DNA from: Macrostomum hystrix
Taxonomy: Eukaryota; Animalia; Platyhelminthes
Direction of reading: 5' to 3'
DNA: 64,000 nt
Assembly (NCBI GenBank): GCA_950097015.1
Contig: CATNEN010000026.1
Coordinates: 1,550,001-1,614,000, forward strand
Below, in pieces: positions 35,562 to 46,308 of the stretch. Numbering within the stretch: the first letter of the stretch is position 1; every line of letters starts with the position of its first letter. Below the pieces are notes generated by a model. That model saw only the letters and a list, made by a program, of their open reading frames with translations, did no database searches and was not told the origin of the DNA. Made by a program: the position numbers and the translations under genes.

Positions 35562-38500
35562 ATGTTCGCAATGGTGATGGCGCCTCCGCCGGCTTCGTGT
35601 GCGAGCTCCGGGCCCAGAGGTCGAGACAGTCAGTCGGCTGCCTCTGTTGGCGGCGCGCCAGCTACTCTGGAGGTAGCGCTATGCAGGGCGCCAGATCAGC
35701 GCTGGGGCTTTCGGCTGCAGGGCGGCGCCGACTACAGGACCCAGCTAACTGTCATGCGGGTGAGTGCGCCACTTCTGTGTCTAGCCGAGCTTTTTAACTA
35801 TGGGACGAGAAGAGTGCAGCTTTAGTTTTTTTGGTGTTGCTGTTGTGCTCACAGAAATAGTCGACAAAGAACCCCATCCAGACACTGGATCTAACCAAAC
35901 TGCCCGACTGCAGCATGCAGGCACAGCCACCGATTCAATGATGACTGACGATTCCATTGATCATGACCTCCGGTTATTGTATAGTACGCTGCAAAGGAGG
36001 TTGTAGAGCAGGGGTCGGCAACCTCCGGCCCGCGGGCCAAATCCCAAATCCGGCCCTTAGCTCCTCCTAACACCTACTCTACAGTACACCCTGTCTCATC
36101 TCTCCCCTGTCTCATCTCTTCCCTGTCTCATCTCTCCCCTGTCTCACCTCTCCCCTGTCTCACCTCTCCCCTGTCTCATCTCTCCCCTGTCTCACCTCTC
36201 CCCTGTCTCACCACTCCCCTGTCTCACCACTCCCGTCTCATCGCTCCCCTGTCTCACCACTCCCCTATCTCATCTCTCCCCTGTCTCATCTCTCCCCTGT
36301 CTCATCTCTCCCGTCTCACCTCTCTCCCGTCTCATCTCTCTCCTGTCTCATCTCTCACCTGTCTGATCTCACATGTCTGATCTCTCATGTGTCTAATCTC
36401 TCCCCTTTCTTCATGCGGCCCGCCGTCGTCTTTAAGATTCTCTCTTTAGCCCGCGGGGTATATAAGGTTGCCGACCCCTGTTGTAGAGCGTCAGACTCAC
36501 GACTTGAAGGTTGGGGGTTCGATTCCCGACTCCACTGGAAAACAAGTTTTGTCCTTTAGCTAGACACTTAACTCTACATTGCTTCAGTTCACACAGCTAT
36601 TAAATGGGTACCAGCATTACCTGGAGTAATTGAGGGTGGTTGTGGTGTCCCCCCAGTCCATGGACTGAACAGCGCGGTACGCAGCCTTTAGATGCGCCAC
36701 GCGATAACTGCGACTGTTACCCCACACCAGGTCCGGGTATTGACTCGGGCCTTCCGAAAAAATTTCGACTGTTCGGCCAGTCATTCGATTCGTCTACACT
36801 GCTATCCCCACTCCACGCCTCGATGCACTCACCGTCTACATTCACTGAAATGCATTGTGTATCGTTAATCCTCCACTCCAGGTGGAGTCCAACTCGCCGG
36901 CCCAGGGCAAGCTTCGCGTAGGAGACGCAATCCAAACGGTGAACGGTAAAAAGTCGCGCCAACTGACCCACGCTCAGGCCTCTGACGTCATCAAAGAGTC
37001 TGGCAACTCACTGCAGCTCACAATTGTCAGGTAAGCATATCGATCTATCTATCACAAAGGGCGCGGGGTCGATACAGTTTTGATAAGGATTTCAAAGATA
37101 TCAAAGGGTTTGATATGAAGTTTGATTCGCCAGGTTTATATGCTTGGTATGCAGTAGTCGATATCGATGGGGGTTGATTACAAAGTTGATAAGGTGTTGA
37201 TACCGGGTTGATATGTAGCTTATGAGGGGTTGATACAAGGCTGATAATTGATGATACTTGATTGATACCGGGGTCGATACAAATGTTGATAACGGAAAGT
37301 CATGACAGCGATCTTGAAGTATTTGATGCAACTCGAAAATTACAATAGCCCAATTTCGACCAATGATTACATACAAGACGCAAAAGCAGAAAAAAGCCGC
37401 GTCAAGTTTGGCAATAAAAAGTGTTAACTTCGCGAAGAGGCACCCGTGAATTGACAAGCCATTATGTGTATGTCACGGCCTTAAACGTTAGGCTCGAGAA
37501 TGAAGGCCCATAAGTTAGACTTTCATGAATGGATTGCAATAAACCCTGCTGAAATGGTCGTGCGCAGAAAACTTTGCAAAAATGCATCGAGCTTCGATAT
37601 GCAAGCAAAATATTCGGCCAAAGCGAAAACCTGGAATTATTAGTCAACTGATACAGCACCGACGGAGAAGTCTGATAGGTGCCGCCAAATTGCAACCGCT
37701 CCTAGCTGAGGCCTGCTGACACGCCCAGCTGCAGTCATTGTGCAGAGCAATTGGTGAAGACTTGTGTGGTATAGGCCGTGCTGGACTTTTTAATGCATTT
37801 GCGGCTCTAAACGCAAAATGTGACGACGGAAAGTGCAAAAGCTCTTTGGCTCTCTTTCCCTGGTGGGGAAGAGAGATTCCAAATGCTTTTAGCTCCAGGA
37901 AGTGGCTACTGGATGGTAACCATGTTATGGACTCCGGACTGTGTCCGTGGGTAATCCGTGGTCGGAATTCTGAACAGTTCAGCTGGAAGAGTACTTTAAT
38001 GATTTTAGGGTAGAGTCGAGTACGAATATTTATGCGATAGTAGAGTAGAGATTTTAGGAAAGAGTTCAGTAGGGATTTCATAGGAGAATTATGATATTCT
38101 ACTTCCCCTCAAATCCCAACTCAACTCTTCCCACGAAATCCCTTCTCTAGTCCCAAGAAATCCCTTCTCTAGTCCCACGAAATCCCTTCTCTAGTCCCAC
38201 GAAATCCCTTCTCTAGTCCCACTAAATCCCTTCTCTAGTCCCAAGAAATCCCTTCTCTAGTCCTACGAAATCCCTTCTCTATCTAGTCCCACGAAATTCC
38301 TTCTTTAGTCCCACGAAATCCCTTCTCTAGTCCCACGAAATCCCTTCTCTATATAGTCCCACGAAATCCCTTCTCTAGTCCCTCAAAATCCCTTCTCTAG
38401 CCCCACGAAATCCCTTCTCTAGTCCCTCGAAATCCCTTCTCTAGTCCCACGAAATCCCTTCTCTAGTCCCACGAAATCCCTACTCTACTGTCCCACGAAA

Positions 38501-39394
38501 TCCCTTCTCTATATAGTCCCACGAAATCCCTTCTCTAGTCCCTCAAAATCCCTTCTCTAGCCCCACGAAATCCCTTCTCTAGTCCCTCGAAATCCCTTCT
38601 CTAGTCCCACGAAATCCCTTCTCTAGTCCCACGAAATCCCTACTCTACTGTCCCACGAAATCCCTTCTCTAGCCCCACGAAATCCCTTCTCTAGTCCCTC
38701 GAAATCCCTTCTCTAGTCCCTCGAAATCCCTTCTCTAGTCCCACGAAATCCCTTCTCTAGCCCCACGAAATCTCTACTCTACTGTCCCACGAAATCCCTA
38801 CTCTATCATCCACGTGTGAGTAGGCAGTTTAGGGAAGAGTAGAGTAGGGATTTTAGGAAGAGTAGAGTAGTGTAGTGAGAGTGAGGAGTCGTGAGGAATT
38901 CGAGGTTCAGACTGTCGAGACAGCGCGTAGAGCATCGATGGGGGTGAGTGGCAGAGTGCCTGAGCTCGAATCCGCGGCAGGGCGCGGAGAGAAGACTTGG
39001 GTGTCCTCCTGAAAATACTATGAATTCTAACAAGCAATAGCCAAGCAGTTGATGCAACGCAATGGGAACAATTTCAGGCAAGCCAGCTCGGCCGTCTGCT
39101 TGGACCACATTCGACCGGCTGGCAAGCCGAAGTTCAGTCGGCCTGGCAGTTAGTTGCGGACTTCGGACGGATCGAGGCCAGCTCGAGTAGTTTCTAAAAA
39201 TAACGAGACTTTAGTCTAACCAATGCGGTCAATAATCTGAATTGCTGGTTTTTAGCTCACACAGCTGTAATAGTATACTTCTGGCTTTTGAACCGTTACT
39301 TTACTCTGTTTTTGTCGTGGGCAGGGTGAGGCGCGTGAATGATGAAGAGCATGAGCTAATCAAACTTATTCTCTCGCCTCAACTCGTTCGATAA
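35562..39394 (+). CDS. PDZ-domain protein (PDLIM/Zasp-type PDZ), apparently short
   Basis: Exon 1 ..35759 (start uncertain among 35490/35508/35562; LEVALCRAPDQRWGFRLQGGADYRTQLTVMR) and exon 2 36882..37030 (VESNSPAQGKLRVGDAIQTVNGK..LTHAQASDVIKESGNSLQLTIV) form a complete PDZ. Candidate phase-2 terminal exons are 39325..39394 or 39041..39197; the 3' structure is uncertain. Confidence 0.7.
36009..36480 (+). mobile_element. hAT-superfamily MITE with internal 16-bp VNTR, inserted into a SINE head
   Basis: Perfect 16-bp TIR caggggtcggcaacct..aggttgccgacccctg; 8-bp TSD ttgtagag (36001..36008, 36481..36488); internal (tctcatctctcccctg)n. Confidence 0.92.
36489..36720 (+). mobile_element. tRNA-derived SINE family A (5' tip gaggttgtag lies left of the MITE)
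   Basis: cgtcagactcacgacttgaaggttgggggttcgattcccgactccactgg..cagctattaaatgggtaccagc..cagtccatggactgaacagc..gcagcctttagatgcgcc. Confidence 0.85.
38130..38805. repeat. 22-bp minisatellite (~30 copies)
   Basis: Unit tcccacgaaatcccttctctag. Confidence 0.95.
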
Positions 39395-39415
39395 AATTTC
39401 TATGACAGTTTATAC

Positions 39416-40598
39416 CAGGGGTCGGCAAACTCCGGCCCGCGGGCCAGATGCGGCCCTCGAAGCTCCCAAATCCGGCCCGTTGCACCTTCTGACATCTACA
39501 GTGTCCTGTTTCATCTCACTCGTGTCTAATCTCTCCCGTGTCTAATCTCTCCCGTGTCTAATCTCTCCCGTGTCTCATCTCTCCCGTGTCTAATCTCTCC
39601 CGTGTCTAATCTCTCCCGTGTCTTATCTCTCCCGTGTCTAATCTCTCCCGTGTCTAATCTCTCCCGTGTCTAATCTCTCCCGTGTCTAATCTCTCCCGTG
39701 TCTTATCTCTCCCGTGTCTAATCTCTCCCGTGTCTAATCTCTCCCGTGTCTAATCTCTCCTGTTTCTCATCTCTCCCGTGTCTAATCTCTCCCGTGTCTA
39801 ATCTCTCCCGTGTCTTATCTCTCCCGTGTCTAATCTCTCCCGTGTCTAATCTCTCCCGTGTCTAATCTCTCCCGTGTCTTATCTCTCCCGTGTCTAATCT
39901 CTCCCGTGTCTAATCTCTCCCGTGTCTTATCTCTCCCGTGTCTAATCTCTCCTGTTTCTCATCTCTCCCGTGTCTTATCTCTCCCGTGTCTAATCTCTCC
40001 TGTTTCTCATCTCTCTCGTGTATCATCTTTCTGTGTCTCATCTCTCCCGTGTTTAATCTCTCCCGTGTCTCATCTCTCCCGTGTCTCATCTCTCCCGTGT
40101 CTTATCTCTCCCATGTATTATCTCTCCCGTGTCTAATCTCTCCTGTTTCTCATCTCTCCCGTGTCTCATCTCTCCCGTGTCTCATCTCTCCCGTGTCTTA
40201 TCTCTCCCGTGTCTCATCTCTCCCGTGTCTAATCTCTCCTGTTTCTCATCTCTCCCGTGTCTAATCTCTCCCCTGTCTCATCTCTCCCGTGTCTCATCTC
40301 TCTCGTGTATCATCTTTCTGTGTCTCATCTCTCCCGTGTTTTATCTCTCCCGTGTCTTATCTCTCCCGTGTCTCACCTCTCTCGTGTATCATCTTTCTGT
40401 GTCTCATCTCTCCCGTGTTTAATCTCTCCCGTGTCTTATCTCTCCTGTGTCTCATCTCTCTCGTGTATCATCTTTCTGTGTCTCATCTCTCCCGTGTTTA
40501 ATCTCTCCTCTATCTCATATTTATACAGTCAATGCGGCCCGCTGTCGTCTTTTAGGTTCTCTCTTTGGCCCGCCAGCAAATAAGTTTGCCTTCCCCTG
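39416..40598 (+). mobile_element. hAT MITE (same family as 36009) with expanded internal VNTR
   Basis: TIR caggggtcggcaaact..agtttgccttcccctg; 8-bp TSD gtttatac (39408..39415, 40599..40606); ~60 units of tct(a/c)atctctcccgtg. Explains the SSLPCLISPV ORFs. Confidence 0.92.
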
Positions 40599-41994
40599 GT
40601 TTATACATTAAAATTAAAACGTTTAGGATGATTAGAATTTTATTTTATCTTTCTTAAAATTGATATTATTGAAACAATAAATTTGTACACAATTTTTCAA
40701 ACTATTTTAAAAATAGCTTAAAATATGGATTACAATAAGTTCGACAACTGAAAATTGAACTACGTTGGTTAACTTACGATACGAGTCTCGTAACGTTACC
40801 TCTGGCCAATTTCAGAAAGAAGTCAACCATATTGCTGGTAAAAAATGTTGCTTTTGAGTGTACAAAAGTACGACCTAATTAGTGTCAAATTATTCTGGAA
40901 ACAATGAGAAGTCAAGCTGGTTGATAGGGAAGAAAATTTGCGCAGCAATTCGTCTCGTCAGACGCAGAAATTGGTCTGTTGTCCGAGCATTTTTTGCATG
41001 CAGTGTCTGTTTTCATCGTTATCTGTAAGCCCGGCTGACCGCTTATTTGCTAAGTTTTCTTGCAGTTCGGTAAGCAAACTTGAAAAGATTTATGGCCAGA
41101 AGGAAGAGTATAACATGCGAATGTTTCTTTGGGCGATCCTGCGACTGTCTGCTGCGTTCTCCATCGCTTTGGGCGATTCTGAAAAACCAAAATTATATTA
41201 ACCTAAAAGCATTTCGTGCGCTTAGAACAATGAGACTGCGCATGGGTAGAGATCGGAAATTATCTAGGTAAAAGCTGCACTAACCCCAGACACCAACAGA
41301 CACAGGCAGACAGACGGACAGTCTAACTTACAATTTTAAAATTTAACGTAAAGAAAGTACGTACGTTGTCGCATGCTCTGACACCATGCTGTGTGTTCAT
41401 GTTTATAAGAATGGTCAATAGAGAAAAACCGTTTCCTACATCTGCAGTGGCGCCACTTCTCTTCGTGTCCTTGGGTCCAGAAATGCCACATGCCAAAGGG
41501 CAGCAGGGCGAGAGGCTGTCCAACATGTATAATACATATATAATATGCCAATGCGACTATTAACGAGTGGAAGTCCGGAGAAAAGAAAAATATGGTGCGC
41601 TGCCAGGAAAAAAATACCATCAGAAACAAAATTATCTTTCGCCTAAGGCTTAGAACGCAAGACATACTCGCAGAGCCCTCTGCCGGGCCATTTATTTCTA
41701 TCGCGACATTCCACCGCTTAAAACTGCAGTTTGTAATCATCAATTAGCTAGCCTGTGCCTGATTTCACCCTCAATATAGCATAAAAATTAGTATGAAAAC
41801 TCGACAAAGAGAAAAAAAATTTACACTCTTCATAATACTAGCTATAACACTAATTATAACAAAGTGAATCTAGTCTAAATTATATCTTTAAAAACAATCA
41901 TTAAAAAGTTAAAACATTATCAACGAAACTATAAAATCATTTACCCAGCTGTAAAAAAACATTTGCTATTTAATGTTATAAAATGTTAACGCAT

Positions 41995-44900
41995 CTTCAT
42001 ACTCATCCTCAACTGTCGGCATCCTCAACTGTCCGCATCCTCAACTGTCTGCACTATCAACTGTCTGCACTATCAACTGTCTGCACTATCAACTGTCTGC
42101 ACTATCAACTGTCTGCACTATCAACTGTCTGCATCCTCAACTGTCCGCATCCTCAACTGTCCGCATCCTCAACTGTCCGCATCCTCAACTGTCTGCATCC
42201 TCAACTGTCTGCATCCTCAACTGTCCGCATCCTCAACTGTCTGCATCCTCAACTGTCTGCATCCTCAACTGTCCGCATCCTCAACTGTCTGCATCCTCAA
42301 CTGTCCGCATCCTCAACTGTCCGCATCCTCAACTGTCTGCATCCTCAACTGTCTGCATCCTCAACTGTCCGCATCCTCAACAGTCTGCATCCTCAACTGT
42401 CCGCATCCTCAACTGTCCGCATCCTCAACTGTCTGCATCCTCAACTGTCTGCATCCTCAACTGTCCGCATCCTCAACTGTCCGCATCCTCAACTGTCTGC
42501 ATCCTCAACTGTCTGCATCCTCAACTGTCCGCATCCTCAACTGTCCGCATCCTCAACTGTCTGCATCCTCAACTGTCTGCATCCTCAACTGTCCGCATCC
42601 TCAACTGTCCGCATCCTCAACTGTCTGCATCCTCAACTGTCCGCATCCTAAACTGTCCGCATCCTCAACTGTCCGCATCCTCAACTGTCCGCATCCTCAA
42701 CTGTCTGCACTATCAACTGTCCGCATCCTCAACTGTCCGCATCCTCAACTGTCTGCACTATCAACTGTCCGCATCCTCAACTGTCCGCATCCTCAACTGT
42801 CTGCATCCTCAACTGTCTGCATCCTCAACTGTCCGCATCCTCAACTGTCTGCATCCTCAACTGTCTGCATCCTCAACTGTCCGCATCCTCAACTGTCTGC
42901 ATCCTCAACTGTCCGCATCCTCAACTGTCCGCATCCTCAACTGTCTGCATCCTCAACTGTCTGCATCCTCAACTGTTCCGCATCCTCAACAGTCTGCATC
43001 CTCAACTGTCCGCATCCTCAACTGTCCGCATCCTCAACTGTCTGCATCCTCAACTGTCTGCATCCTCAACTGTCCGCATCCTCAACTGTCCGCATCCTCA
43101 ACTGTCTGCGTCCTCAACTGTCTGCATCCTCAACTGTCCGCATCCTAAACTGTCCGCATCCTCAACTGTCCGCATCCTCAACTGTCCGCATCCTCAACTG
43201 TCTGCACTATCAACTGTCCGCATCCTCAACTGTCCGCATCCTCAACTGTCTGCACTATCAACTGTCCGCATCCTCAACTGTCCGCATCCTCAACTGTCTG
43301 CATCCTCAACTGTCCGCATCCTCAACTGTCCGCATCCTCAACTGTCCGCATCCTCAACTGTCTGCATCCTCAACTGTCCGCATCCTCAACTGTCTGCATC
43401 CTCAACTGTCTGCATCCTCAACTGTCTGCATCCTCAACTGTCTGCATCCTCAACTGTCTGCATCCTCAACTGTCCGCATCCTCAACTGTCTGCATCCTGA
43501 ACTGTCCGCATCCTCAACTGTCTGCATCCTCAACTGTCCGCATCCTCAACTGTCTGCATCCTCAACTATCTGCATCCTCAACTGTCTGCATCCTCAACTG
43601 TCTGCATCCTCAACTGTCCGCATCCTCAACTGTCCGCATCCTCAACTGTCTGCATCCTCAACTGTCCGCATCCTCAACTGTCTGCACTATCAACTGTCCG
43701 CATCCTCAACTGTCTGCACTATCAACTGTCTGCACTATCAACTGTCTGCACTATCAACTGTCTGCATCCTCAACTGTCCGCATCCTCAACTGTCCGCATC
43801 CTCAACTGTCTGCATCCTCAACTGTCCGCATCCTCAACTGTCTGCACTATCAACTGTCCGCATCCTCAACTGTCTGCACTATCAACTGTCTGCACTATCA
43901 ACTGTCTGCACTATCAACTGTCCGCATCCTCAACTGTCTGCACTATCAACTGTCCGCATCCTCAACTGTCCGCATCCTCAACTGTCTGCACTATCAACTG
44001 TCCGCATCCTCAACTGTCCGCATCCTCAACTGTCTGCATCCTCAACTGTCTGCATCCTCAACTGTCCGCATCCTCAACTGTCTGCACTATCAACTGTCTG
44101 CACTATCAACTGTCTGCACTATCAACTGTCTGCACTATCAACTGTCTGCATCCTCAACTGTCCGCATCCTCAACTGTCCGCATCCTCAACTGTCCGCATC
44201 CTCAACTGTCTGCATCCTCAACTGTCTGCATCCTCAACTGTCCGCATCCTCAACTGTCTGCATCCTCAACTGTCTGCATCCTCAACTGTCCGCATCCTCA
44301 ACTGTCTGCATCCTCAACTGTCCGCATCCTCAACTGTCCGCATCCTCAACTGTCTGCATCCTCAACTGTCTGCATCCTCAACTGTCCGCATCCTCAACAG
44401 TCTGCATCCTCAACTGTCCGCATCCTCAACTGTCCGCATCCTCAACTGTCTGCATCCTCAACTGTCTGCATCCTCAACTGTCCGCATCCTCAACTGTCCG
44501 CATCCTCAACTGTCCGCATCCTCAACTGTCCGCATCCTCAACTGTCTGCATCCTCAACTGTCCGCATCCTCAACTGTCCGCATCCTCAACTGTCTGCATC
44601 CTCAACTGTCCGCATCCTCAACTGTCTGCACTATCAACTGTCTGCACTATCAACTGTCTGCACTATCAACTGTCTGCACTATCAACTGTCTGCACTATCA
44701 ACTGTCTGCATCCTCAACTGTCCGCATCCTCAACTGTCCGCATCCTCAACTGTCCGCATCCTCAACTGTCTGCATCCTCAACTGTCTGCATCCTCAACTG
44801 TCCGCATCCTCAACTGTCTGCATCCTCAACTGTCTGCATCCTCAACTGTCCGCATCCTCAACTGTCTGCATCCTCAACTGTCTGCATCCTCAACTGTCCG

Positions 44901-46308
44901 CATCCTCAACTGTCTGCATCCTCAACTGTCTGCATCCTCAACTGTCCGCATCCTCAACTGTCTGCATCCTCAACTGTCCGCATCCTCAACTGTCCGCATC
45001 CTCAACTGTCCGCATCCTCAACTGTCCGCATCCTCAACTGTCTGCATCCTCAACTGTCTGCATCCTCAACTGTCTGCATCCTCAACTGTCCGCATCCTCA
45101 ACTGTCCGCATCCTCAACTGTCTGCATCCTCAACTGTCTGCATCCTCAACTGTCCGCATCCTCAACTGTCCGCATCCTCAACTGTCTGCATCCTCAACTG
45201 TCTGCATCCTCAACTGTCCGCATCCTCAACTGTCCGCATCCTCAACTGTCTGCACTATCAACTGTCCGCATCCTCAACTGTCCGCATCCTCAACTGTCTG
45301 CACTATCAACTGTCCGCATCCTCAACTGTCCGCATCCTCAACTGTCTGCACTATCAACTGTCTGCATCCTCAACTGTCTGCATCCTCAACTGTCTGCATC
45401 CTCAACTGTCCGCATCCTCAACTGTCTGCATCCTCAACTGTCCGCATCCTCAACTGTCCGCATCCTCAACTGTCTGCATCCTCAACTGTCTGCATCCTCA
45501 ACTGTCTGCATCCTCAACTGTCTGCATCCTCAACTGTCCGCATCCTCAACTGTCTGCATCCTCAACTGTCCGCATCCTCAACTGTCTGCATCCTCGACTG
45601 TCCGCATCCTCAACTGTCTGCATCCTCAACTGTCTGCATCCTCAACTGTCCGCATCCTCAACTGTCCGCATCCTCAACTGTCTGCATCCTCAACTGTCCG
45701 CATCCTCAACTGTCTGCATCCTCAACTGTCCGCATCCTCAACTGTCTGCATCCTCAACTGTCCGCATCCTCAACTGTCTGCATCCTCAACTGTCCGCATC
45801 CTCAACTGTCTGCATCCTCAACTGTTGCATCCTCAACTGTCTGCATCCTCAACTGTTGCATCCTCAACTGTCTGCATCCTTAACTGTCTGCACTATCAAC
45901 TCTCCGCATCCTCAACTGTCTGCACTATCAACTGTTGCATCCTCAACTGTCTGCATCCTCAACTGTCTGCACTATCAACTGTCCGCATCCTTAACTGTCC
46001 GCATCCTTAACTGTCCGCATCCTTAACTGTCCGCATCCTTAACTGTCCGCATCCTTAACTGTCCGCATCCTTAACTGTCCGCATCCTTAACTGTCCGCAT
46101 CCTTAACTGTCCGCATCCTTAACTGTCCGCATCCTTAACTGTCCGCATCCTCAACTCTCCGCATCCTCAACTGTCCGCATCCTCAACTGTTCGCATCCTT
46201 AACTGTCTGCATCCTCAACTGTCCGCATCCTCAACTGTCCGCATCCTTAACTGTCCGCATCCTTAACTGTCCGCATCCTCAACTGTCCGCATCCTCAACT
46301 GTCCGCAT
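41995..46308. repeat. 16-bp minisatellite (~270 copies, 4.3 kb)
   Basis: Units ctcaactgtc(c/t)gcatc, atcaactgtctgcact and cttaactgtccgcatc; the array overlaps the 3' end of the dehydrogenase CDS. Confidence 0.98.

Noticed and set aside
37090-37300. Degenerate ttgatac/gtcgatac repeat
   Set aside because: Old, decayed intronic tandem repeat with nothing distinctive.
39858-42651. SSLPCLISPV and ILNCLHPQLSASST ORFs
   Set aside because: Products of 16-bp repeats (the MITE VNTR and the 4.3-kb array).
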